Source: Nemertoderma westbladi
Taxonomy: Eukaryota > Animalia > Xenacoelomorpha
Assembly: GCA_032718475.1 (NCBI GenBank)
Contig: JAUCBJ010003106.1
Span: 1 to 50,585, forward strand
Direction of reading: 5' to 3'
DNA: 50,585 nt
The notes below the pieces were generated by a model. It was not told the origin of the DNA, made no database searches, and worked only from the letters and a program-made list of their open reading frames with translations. Each line of letters begins with the position of its first letter. Position 1 is the stretch's first letter. This document shows positions 37,417 to 46,564 of this stretch, piece by piece. The position numbers were made by a program, and so were the translations under genes.

Positions 37417-39654
37417 TTGAAGTATAGGGATCTACCTAACGCTAGCGAATGCACCACCTTGTGGCATCCAGTGGGAATGACCCTAGAAAACGCCACTAAA
37501 GAGTGGAAGGAAACTCTTAACGTTATCGAGATGTATGGAGTTGTCACTTACGATAACGAAGGTAGCGTTCCGGTTGGAGAACTGGGAACTACGCGCATGA
37601 TACATATACGAGGACTAGCTGGTTCTACCCACGTATTTACTCGAGCGTGTTCCGACGTGATTGATTATTCTTTTGAGACCCTCACCGAGATACAAAAGAA
37701 ACTCCGACATGGACAATTCGAACTTGCGCAGCGTTACGTCACTGACACCGAGCGCAAACCGGCCATGGGTATCGATGGATCGATGTTACCCCAGCCCGTG
37801 CTCGAGATGTTGTTTAACGAAAGAATCCTTAAAATCGGCTCAGCTGTTTATGGAGATCTCCAAAACGACTTTAGGAACATGGAGAATATCCCATATCCTT
37901 TCGTAGATACTCAGCTGATTGCTCCCTGGGCAGAAGGCCGAGGTTTCTTCCGCACTATGTATGCCAATCCGCCCAGCGGCATCACTAAAGTACAACGAAC
38001 CTCCATCGGACATTTTGCCTTTCAAGAATACGGATGGAATTTCAAAGTCGGAAACCCTATCAACTATCAACAAGTATATGGAGATCATTATTCTCGATTA
38101 TACTTTGACGGACCATTGACCACACCTGGCGTCGTGTATAGCTTCATGAGTGTTCCACTTCATCCCTCCTTAGCTATATACACGATCTTTGAAAACGCCG
38201 CACTTGCCGGTTGGCGAGCCGATGTGTGCAGTGGTACTATACGCGCCCATCCCTTAATACTTGGAACCAAACTCGCCAAGCTAGATGAACACAATAAATT
38301 CATCCGCTTCGAATGCTTCAGGCGCTTTCTGACTCCGTTCCGTAACGTTGATAGTCAGTTCAAGGACCGCGCTCTGACTAAGCTCAGCCTAAGAGACTCA
38401 GCTGCTGAGAAGTTAGACAGCGCTGGATTCGCCATTTTCAAGGACGTTTGTATACAGAACTTACATTCTTCTGTTATACAAAGACCTCGAATCCCCACGG
38501 GTTATTCTATCGTGGAAGTTCAGACAGTGGGTTCGCTTGAGGAGACAGCCACACCTACCTCAGCTATGCAATTGGAAGATGAACCAATATGCTTAGAATC
38601 CGAGGAGATTCAGCCTACAGCGCCCCGGAGCAGCGACAACGACTACGTCTTGGAATGGTATCAAGGTCCACAGTGTCTCACTGCATACGATTATCGGCAT
38701 GCCAACTATGTTTCTCGAAAACGTTGCCGATTATGCACATCGAGAGACCATCTCACCCCCATGGACTCAGACGTACCCTGCTCCTATTTCCATGAACATC
38801 CGGTGATGGAGATCTATTGTGCGTATTGCAGACTCAATAACTTGCACATTTTCGCAGTCTGCACCCAATTTATGACTCAATGCCATCATTGTCAATTTAA
38901 AGGACATGCCAGTTTTGATTGCCCTTTTAACCGCGATCTGGAAAGCGTAGATGAAATGATTACCCTACGCTACATCCGAGCCTGGGAAGCGAACGCGGAT
39001 TTACATTGTGAGTCACGCCATCGCTATTACCCTGGACGCGCCAACGAAGGAGTTTATGCGTTCCACCCTTATCTATTCGCGTCTGTTGAACAAAAATCAC
39101 GCACACCGAGTTACGAACTAATGAAGCGTGTTGGCGAGTGTATTTCAACCAAATTTGTTCATAAATATCTCAGGAACATTAACCCTAACGATCTTAATTC
39201 CTATAACTTGTTCAACTTCATTCGTCAAGATCTGGAATATGGCGATTTGTTCATCAACTCGCACCCAGAGTTACAGGAAGTGCATCGACGGCCCTACGAA
39301 TATCGAGCCCAAGAACGCGAGTTGGAAAGAACCATTAAACCGAGGAAGTTTCTCACTACCCATGGTCCACCCACCGCTCTCGTTCAGACGACTCGTCAGG
39401 GACCAGTAAGAGCTGCTGTCCTGAAACGTGCTCTAAAGGCTGTTCGACCTCGCTCCACTGAGGTTGATATCGATCAACCGGGTACCTCGACCGGCGGATA
39501 CACCGACCGTAATCCTAAACCTTCCGATGCAATTGTATTGCACCCTTCACCCAGGAGTTATAGCCCTCCTAGTAAAGTGGCTCGCCCCAAAGAGAAAAGG
39601 ACTCTTGCTAGCCTCAAAAAACTGCGTAAACGCCGTCCACGCAAGAAAGACTAA
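37417..39654 (+). CDS. Extra ORF C-terminal segment: DEDDy 3'-5' exonuclease (WRN/EXD-like), three zinc knuckles, basic tail
   Basis: ExoI VVTYDNEG. ExoII LPQPVLEMLFNERILKIGSAVYGD...FVDTQLIA. ExoIII FMSVPLHPSLAIYTIFE. Knuckles CRLCTSRDH..C, CAYCRLNNLHIFAVC and CHHCQFKGHASFDC. Tail KKLRKRRPRKK. The called start is TTG, so this is probably not the true N-terminus. Confidence 0.75.
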   Translation: MKYRDLPNASECTTLWHPVGMTLENATKEWKETLNVIEMYGVVTYDNEGSVPVGELGTTRMIHIRGLAGSTHVFTRACSDVIDYSFETLTEIQKKLRHGQFELAQRYVTDTERKPAMGIDGSMLPQPVLEMLFNERILKIGSAVYGDLQNDFRNMENIPYPFVDTQLIAPWAEGRGFFRTMYANPPSGITKVQRTSIGHFAFQEYGWNFKVGNPINYQQVYGDHYSRLYFDGPLTTPGVVYSFMSVPLHPSLAIYTIFENAALAGWRADVCSGTIRAHPLILGTKLAKLDEHNKFIRFECFRRFLTPFRNVDSQFKDRALTKLSLRDSAAEKLDSAGFAIFKDVCIQNLHSSVIQRPRIPTGYSIVEVQTVGSLEETATPTSAMQLEDEPICLESEEIQPTAPRSSDNDYVLEWYQGPQCLTAYDYRHANYVSRKRCRLCTSRDHLTPMDSDVPCSYFHEHPVMEIYCAYCRLNNLHIFAVCTQFMTQCHHCQFKGHASFDCPFNRDLESVDEMITLRYIRAWEANADLHCESRHRYYPGRANEGVYAFHPYLFASVEQKSRTPSYELMKRVGECISTKFVHKYLRNINPNDLNSYNLFNFIRQDLEYGDLFINSHPELQEVHRRPYEYRAQERELERTIKPRKFLTTHGPPTALVQTTRQGPVRAAVLKRALKAVRPRSTEVDIDQPGTSTGGYTDRNPKPSDAIVLHPSPRSYSPPSKVARPKEKRTLASLKKLRKRRPRKKD

Positions 39655-39673
39655 CTGTTTAGAGTATTTTTAC

Positions 39674-40641
39674 TGTTCAGATGACAACATCTATCAGCTG
39701 ATTTAATGTCGATGTGGAGCTTTCTTAACTCTCTTTGTTCGGCTCACTCGACCAATCAGAGCGATTTTCATTTTATTTGTACAGAAGCCTACGGGAAATC
39801 GCGCAATGCATGACGGTCTTTGTTTACCTTTTCCTGAGCCCCAGAACATCGGCTTTGGAATTATTCTTAGTTTCAGGCTTTAGCCAAATATTCGACGGCT
39901 TTGATTATAGGAACGTATAACTGTTATCCTACCTACCATACATACTTGTCCTACCGCATTATTTTACTTCTGTTTACTGTCGGTTATTAATTGTTAGAAG
40001 TTGATGGATATGTTGTTATATTTGGAGAATATCGATAAATAATCATAAAACCCCAATCTTCTTGATATACTGAAGGTAAGAGGGACCAGTTACCTGTAGC
40101 AACTGCGACTTACATTATAGTGGTTTTGGAGTGAATTGAATGCTATTTCATAATCCCTACATGTGTCAGTTGCTATTCTCCTTATATATGATCAAATTTA
40201 GTGAAGGTCGGCAGATCAGTGTGCAGCAGTGTGCGGTAGTGTGCATGAGTGTGATAGATAACAAAGCATTTCCTAAAGAATGCGCTTTATACGAAAATCA
40301 TTAGCCATCCCGTTGTGTTTAGTGTAAGTCATAACTCTGTTTACATACTTAGAGCGCCACGTCCTAAAGGAACTGTTAATATTTCCCTAAAGTAAATAAT
40401 ATTTGTCAGAGATTATATATTGACGATCAGTCGAATAGTTTCAGTAGGCCTACACCGCAATAAGGTCAGAGCATCCGAATCCAGTCTCCCTTAACTGTGG
40501 GTGAATGGTCGCGCATAGGCTGGCTTCGGCTAATGTAACTTTATATGCAACAAATACTTGTTATAGGCTAAAGTCGATTTATAAACTAGAAGACACCTAA
40601 ATTTGGCGGGTTAAACTGCTAAAGGTCTAAAAGCACGAACA
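39674..40641 (+). repeat. 3' LTR, lacking the first ~157 bp and any polypurine tract
   Basis: Direct repeat of 21591-22559 (offset about 18083), ending GCACGAACA. Confidence 0.9.
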
Positions 40642-41365
40642 GCCCGGTGGTACTAATAGGGTTAAAGGTGTATTAAAACTACGCGTAAGTATTTTGATAT
40701 ACTTGTATATGTTTTATGACGACGAGTAGTTATTTTAAAACCAAGCGTGTAGCACTTCGCGTAGGTGCTACCCATAACAGTCCTGATAACAGAGACACAA
40801 TAATGTCAATGGAGAATCGATAATACCACACCCATCAACCTGTTTCCTTGTAAACTATTTTTGAAGTCTATAATATTATTATATCACGTTTGTGGGGCAT
40901 TCGCGCAGCACGAGGCTCAGTTATGAGATATAAATTAAAATTGATCGATTCTATCACAAAATTGAAAATTTGTATTTAATACTAATCTGGCTCCTTACAG
41001 AACTGCCTATCCTATGGCTGGTCATTCCGGTTGATTATCTGCCCTGTGGTTGAGATGGGAAAACAACTAGAACTAATGTAATGTAAATTAATGAAGACCA
41101 AATTGTCTCATATATAACTGACCCTAATTGAAGTACAGTATTATAACTAACTAATGGTGTGTATACTGTATATTACAGTGTTATTATATGACTAGAAAGC
41201 CTGTGGCCTTTGCCCACAGCTTTCTAGTACACAAATTGTTCAACAATTCAAACTTAAATTAATTCATTAAATACTACTGTATAACTTAAAAAAGTTACAA
41301 GACTCACTGTCCTCTCAAACAAAAGCATCTCTACTTAGCAGGCTACTACAAAATAAGGCTTATAC

Positions 41366-41442
41366 TCTAAACCCAGCTCACGTCCCCTATTAATGGGTGA
41401 ACAATCCAACGCTTGGCGAATTCTGCTTCGCAATGATAGGAA
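41366..41442 (-). pseudogene. 77-bp 28S rRNA fragment (domain V, A-loop region)
   Basis: The minus strand reads TTCCTATCATTGCGAAGCAGAATTCGCCAAGCGTTGGATTGTTCACCCATTAATAGGGGACGTGAGCTGGGTTTAGA, the conserved eukaryotic LSU segment. Confidence 0.92.
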
Positions 41443-41978
41443 ACTGTGTTAGATACCTGCCAAAGCAAATCCAAAAAGGTCATAAACAACAAAATGGGGG
41501 AGGTTACAACTGTGGAAGAGGTTACAATGAATACAGCTGTCCAGGTGAATGATTCTTAGTTAAAGGCAGTGATTTTTTATGTCCTTTTATTGACTTTTTT
41601 TGTCCTCCTTTTTTTACGAATTGTGCATAATGACTTTTGTTGTCCTTTTAATGACTTTTGTTGTCCTATTAAATGACTTTTTATGTATGTATTTCTTCAA
41701 ACTGTCAGACTGCTGATTTTTGGACTGTCAGACAGTTGATTTCAACATGCCTATGCCAAAACATTCAAAATTTGTTGATTTCTGGTCTGTCGGACAGTTG
41801 GTTTCACTATGCCTGTGCCAAAACATTCAAAATTCCATGATTTATAGACTATGAGCTAGATTTCCATATGCGCCTATGGTAATAAGACTCTAAATTTAAT
41901 AGTTTGTGGTTGTTGTCGATAATCGATTTACCACATGACGTAGCAAAACACTCATTTTATAGCCAAAAACAATTACCA

Positions 41979-42461
41979 ATTGATGGAAAGGAGCAGGTTA
42001 AGGCCGGATTATCTAACCAAAACAATAAACAGTCACTTTACCAAATGAAGGAAAGGAGCAGGTTACAGAGGCTATACTTTCTAACAAAAACAATAAACGG
42101 TCACTTTAGCAAATCAGGGAAAGGATGATGACATTACCAATTGAGAGAAAGGAGCAGGTTACAGAGGCGGGATTTCCTAACCAAAACAATAAACGATCAC
42201 TTAACTAATTGAGGGAAAGGAGCAGGTTGCAGTGGCGGGATTTTCTAACCAAAAACAATAAACGATCATTTAACTAATTGAGGGAAAGGGGCAGGTTACA
42301 GAGGCGGGATTTTCTAACCAAAACAATAAACAGTCACTTTACAAAATTAAGGAAAGGAGCAGGTTACAGAGGCGGGCCTTTCTAACCAAAACAATAGACG
42401 ATCACTTTACCAAATCAGGGAAAGGAGCAGGTTACAGATGCGGAATTTTCTAACCAAAACA
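41979..42461 (+). repeat. About 61-bp tandem repeat (GGAAAGGAGCAGGTTACAGAGGCGGGATTTTCTAACCAAAACAATAAAC...), about 7 units
   Basis: Directly visible diverged units. Confidence 0.92.
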
Positions 42462-42616
42462 ACCGGTCAGCCGGTAGGCCTACCATTACCGTATTTAAAT
42501 GGTAGGCTACACAACAGGCCTATAGCAGTACCGGTGCCGGAACCGGTACTAAAATACCTGCTTTATACCTACATCTGTACATACAATACAGCAATACTGC
42601 AAATAGTGCTCTAAAT

Positions 42617-42816
42617 ACTAATACCGGTACTGATAGCGTGAGAGAACAGCAGTAGAGAAACCGGTAGCATGGAACCTAACGGTAAATTTCTGGAGGACAT
42701 AAAAAGTAAAAAAAAAACTAATACCGGTACTGATAGCCTGAGAGAACAGCAGTAGAGAAACCGGTAGCATGGAACCTAACGGTAAATTTCTGGAGGACAT
42801 AAAAAGTAAAAAAAAA
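42617..42816 (+). repeat. Near-perfect 100-bp tandem duplication
   Basis: ACTAATACCGGTACTGATAGC...AAAAAGTAAAAAAAA occurs at 42617 and 42717. Confidence 0.92.
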
Positions 42817-43529
42817 GACATCATGTCATCATGAGTGATTTAAACGGACAATAAAAATTATTGCGCTAAATAAGTAGGCCTACTGGGGTTTCCACTTTTT
42901 CATCAATTTATTATTCCATTACGAAAATATAAAATCAGGCGAAGCACAAATGATCACAAATTAATTAAGTAGAATAATTAATGTTGAAGCACAGGTTAAC
43001 AATAAATAATTTACAATAAAGAAACAGATATGTAATCAGTACATATCTGGGTCAACACCCCGAATCCCCGCCCCACCCCCAAACCCGAGGCTCCGCCACG
43101 GCCTCCTACAACCCCGGAGGCACAGAGAGGTCGCCCGAAGGAGACCAAACTGCAGCCGCCGCCTCACCGCACCCAAAACCTCTCCCAAACCCCGCTGTCT
43201 CATCCCGACCCTCTTAGAGCATAGGGTCTCCACTAGGGGTTTCCAGCTGGGGTTTCCACACACTGACTCCACCATATTAGCACTGCAGTACCTGGGGCTG
43301 GACTGGCCACTATCATCAGACTGTAGACTGTCTGACTGCAGACTGTTACTGTGTTGTTCTTTTAATGTTGATTTGTGATATTTTACCACATACCTGGTTA
43401 GGTTATTACTGTATTACCGGTATCATACAGCCATACCGGTAACTGCAAACTGCTGTAGACAGGTAGAGAGAGACAACAGACTGACAGAACTGGCAGACTG
43501 GCACACATTTAATAATACTGAGAGATATA

Positions 43530-44936
43530 ATGGCAAAGAAAATAAAGGTATCTGGGGATTGTTATGAAATTGGCCACACATGGACTCCGAGCTGTTATAA
43601 AGCCTCCTTTCAAATGGCTTCATCTATATTTAAAGAATCTTCTAAAATTTATGGAGGGTTGTCTTTGATTAAATTATTATTGAAACTAAATAGGCCTATA
43701 ATAGGTACCGGTACACGGTCGTCTTATGTTACTTATATTCGAGATGCTTTACTTGAAGTTCTATTAGAAAATGTACAATCGACAGTTTTTCTTTCATGCA
43801 ATGGTGCAGCCTTCGTGTCTGCGTTCTGTTTATCCATGAAAACGATAGGTAATTTTGATCGAGCAGTATTTTTCGTCTCCACCTTGTTAGCCAATCACGT
43901 GATATTTCTCGAGCGCCCAAGTCGTAGAACAGAGTTAGCTGTTTATATGTGCAACCTGGCTTGCGAAACATTTGGTAACATATTAGTTAATCGACGTTGG
44001 GTTAGACCACTCCCCTACCTCGATGTAATTCTTTTTGCTGTTGCGTGTGCTGGATATTCGGTTTGTATATTCTCTAGACCTTTCAAGTTGCCGTATTCTG
44101 TCCGCAAAACACTGATGTTTCTATGGGGGGAAACAGACAACAATAATTATATTCGTTATTTGTTTCCAAGAAGATTTTTTAGAGAGCATCTAATGTTATC
44201 GCCAACTCCTATGGTGAATAATAATTGCTATTCTGAAGAAAATAGAGAAACTATTATGATGAAAATAAAACATTTATTCTCCACCATAAAGTTTATACTT
44301 CATAATCTAGTTTTTCGTAAACACAGATTGTGCAGACATTCAAATCCATGTATAAGTAATTCAATACTAAGTTTCTTAAATAAATTTATTATCGGCTATG
44401 CTGCAAGTCTAGCCTTTAAAGTAATGCAAGGCGTATTGTTACGAAATATAAGTTATATAACCTTAAGAAAGTGGTACAAATTCATTCCGAAATTATTATT
44501 TAATTTCTCTCAATGTAGACTCGGGATATTCTTGGGTTTAATAAGTGGATTATTTCAATATTCGCTTTGTATACTGAGGTTGGTTTGTAACAGACAAGAT
44601 GACTTTGTATTTGCAGCTGCTGGTCTGTGCAGTGGTCTTGCCCTACTATCTTACCGAAGTTACCCTATTGCTATGTGGGCGTTCTTCAAGTTGCTACATG
44701 TAATACTACGTTTTGTGTCCTTATCTAAGTACCTGGATGGTATGAATATTACATTGAATTATTTCCCTTGTGCTGTTTATTCCTTTTGTACTGCGGTGTT
44801 GCTATATACAGCTACAATGGAACCGCATAACCTGAGACCTTCATATTGGAGATTTCTTCTTCGGATGACAGACAACAAGTTCGCAGAGATTGATAGAAAA
44901 AGATTCGAAATTTTCAAACAGAAATTAAATAATTAA
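43530..44936 (+). CDS. TMEM135: Transmembrane protein 135 (peroxisomal PMP52 family), intronless
   Basis: 468 aa, hydrophobic. Family motifs CYEIGHTWTPSC, ERPSRRTELAVYMCNLACETF, HRLCRHSNPCI and MEPHNLRPSYWRFLLRMT. Confidence 0.9.
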   Translation: MAKKIKVSGDCYEIGHTWTPSCYKASFQMASSIFKESSKIYGGLSLIKLLLKLNRPIIGTGTRSSYVTYIRDALLEVLLENVQSTVFLSCNGAAFVSAFCLSMKTIGNFDRAVFFVSTLLANHVIFLERPSRRTELAVYMCNLACETFGNILVNRRWVRPLPYLDVILFAVACAGYSVCIFSRPFKLPYSVRKTLMFLWGETDNNNYIRYLFPRRFFREHLMLSPTPMVNNNCYSEENRETIMMKIKHLFSTIKFILHNLVFRKHRLCRHSNPCISNSILSFLNKFIIGYAASLAFKVMQGVLLRNISYITLRKWYKFIPKLLFNFSQCRLGIFLGLISGLFQYSLCILRLVCNRQDDFVFAAAGLCSGLALLSYRSYPIAMWAFFKLLHVILRFVSLSKYLDGMNITLNYFPCAVYSFCTAVLLYTATMEPHNLRPSYWRFLLRMTDNKFAEIDRKRFEIFKQKLNN

Positions 44937-45868
44937 TTAATATATTAATAATTGAATTGTAGTGATGATTCCTGTTTGTTATAATATAAATAATTATATA
45001 AAGTTTTATAGGAGTAAATTACCTGGTGCATTTTTTAAATTAACTTTCCGAGTTGGATGTCGTCTTAAATAAACCCATAATTAATAAAAGTTGATTTGCA
45101 GTGGGTTGATGTGAGTAGAGTGGAATAGGATGTTATACTTTATCAGTCATGGAAAAAGTAATTAGAATATTAGTTCATTAAATTATTCCTCATTTTATTG
45201 GTCAGTAATAAATGTTATTGTTCAGGAATTGACTTAATTAATTATGGTGTTTTAATAAAATTTCTCAAAATGGATGTATTGGCATGCCTCAACCCTAATT
45301 AAAACTGTTATGTAATCCTAACGCAACGCAAAGTTATAGTATATATATTTTGTTATCTAATGTGTTTTTAATTAATACAATATGTACTATTTTAGTAATG
45401 ATACATAGTTATTATAAATTTCATTTGTTTTGTAAATAATTGTATTTAATTTTATTGCATTCATGAACTAATATATAAATTTATGCAGTATAATTATTTA
45501 CCGTTAATTATAATAATTTATAGTTGCCTGGGATTACAGTTACTGGGTACTATTACAATTTGTATTTCCATCACTCATATTTATATGCAACATATACACC
45601 ATTTGTAATATGGAGTAATCCAGTACCGTCCACGCCCCCCACCCCCCCCCCCCCCCCCCCCCCATTTTTTTTTTACAAATCGTAATGTGTGCTTTACATA
45701 GATGTTTTGACGTCTCAACTCCTTGATGACCGGGTGAGTCGGAATTTTGTATTTGATTTATGATGAATTATTTGGTAAGAAAAACCTCAGCCAATTTTGA
45801 AGAATACGTAATATTCCTTCACGCAGCCTCAACATTGCCTATGGTAGTGAATGGGGAAGGATTTTCTC

Positions 45869-46489
45869 TGTATCATAGCAACGTTGTATAATTATTTATT
45901 TAATTATATATATAATATATTATAATAATTATTTAACTATAGTTAGCTGGGAAGACTTGTGAGCGGCTTCAATTCCGCCTCACCAACCCCCATAAAGTGG
46001 GAAGTGGCGCCTTTAAGCAATATTGGGGATACGAGGTTAATCGCCAATTAACCTCGTATCACACACCCAATAAACGGGGACAACAAACCCCGAAGGGCCA
46101 CACAAAGGGAGGTCAGAGGTTAAACCTCCGGGAGAGGAAAGTAACAGCAGCGGGGGGGGGGGGGGGGGGGAAGCACTCCCACAGAGGTGGAGGCGAGAAG
46201 TGGGATAACAACCAATGGGAGAGGAGAGCATCCCCTAGGTACAGAGGCCAAGGTACTGTAGGATTAACTGATGTATATATTATATTGCATTTGTGTTATT
46301 CATTCAGTTATCTCAGTCACGCAGTGGGGACCAGTGACATCTTGTACCGTCACCGTCACCGCCACTACCGGTATCTATACAGTTTATTTCTGTCTTTGCA
46401 TCTATTTCTCTGTGCTATTATATTATATCAGTCATCAGTTAACAATATCAGAACAACAACTACTAACTATTATCTTCCTTTCAACTACA
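45869..46489 (+). repeat. Probable 5' LTR of a second BEL/Pao element (left edge uncertain)
   Basis: Ends ...CAACTACA, immediately followed by PBS-like TGGTGACGCG (46490) and then gag. The TGTA start at 45869 is a guess. Confidence 0.5.
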
Positions 46490-46564
46490 TGGTGACGCGT
46501 AACAAGATAAACCGGTCGGGATCCCCTGATCCCGTCACAGAACAAGATCTAAGGGACCACGACT

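Larger units (their letters stand above)
21434..40641 (+). mobile_element. Giant BEL/Pao LTR retrotransposon (about 19.2 kb; about 18 kb without the nested solo LTR), decayed, with an extra ORF
   Basis: Direct repeats 21591-22559 and 39674-40641 enclose gag-PR-RT-RH-IN of BEL/Pao type plus a downstream ORF. No clean TSD. Confidence 0.85.

Noticed and set aside
35551-39654. env-like gene
   Set aside because: No signal peptide or transmembrane anchor seen. The motifs indicate an exonuclease and zinc knuckles.
41366-41442. Functional rRNA gene
   Set aside because: Only 77 bp, and the flanks are not rDNA.
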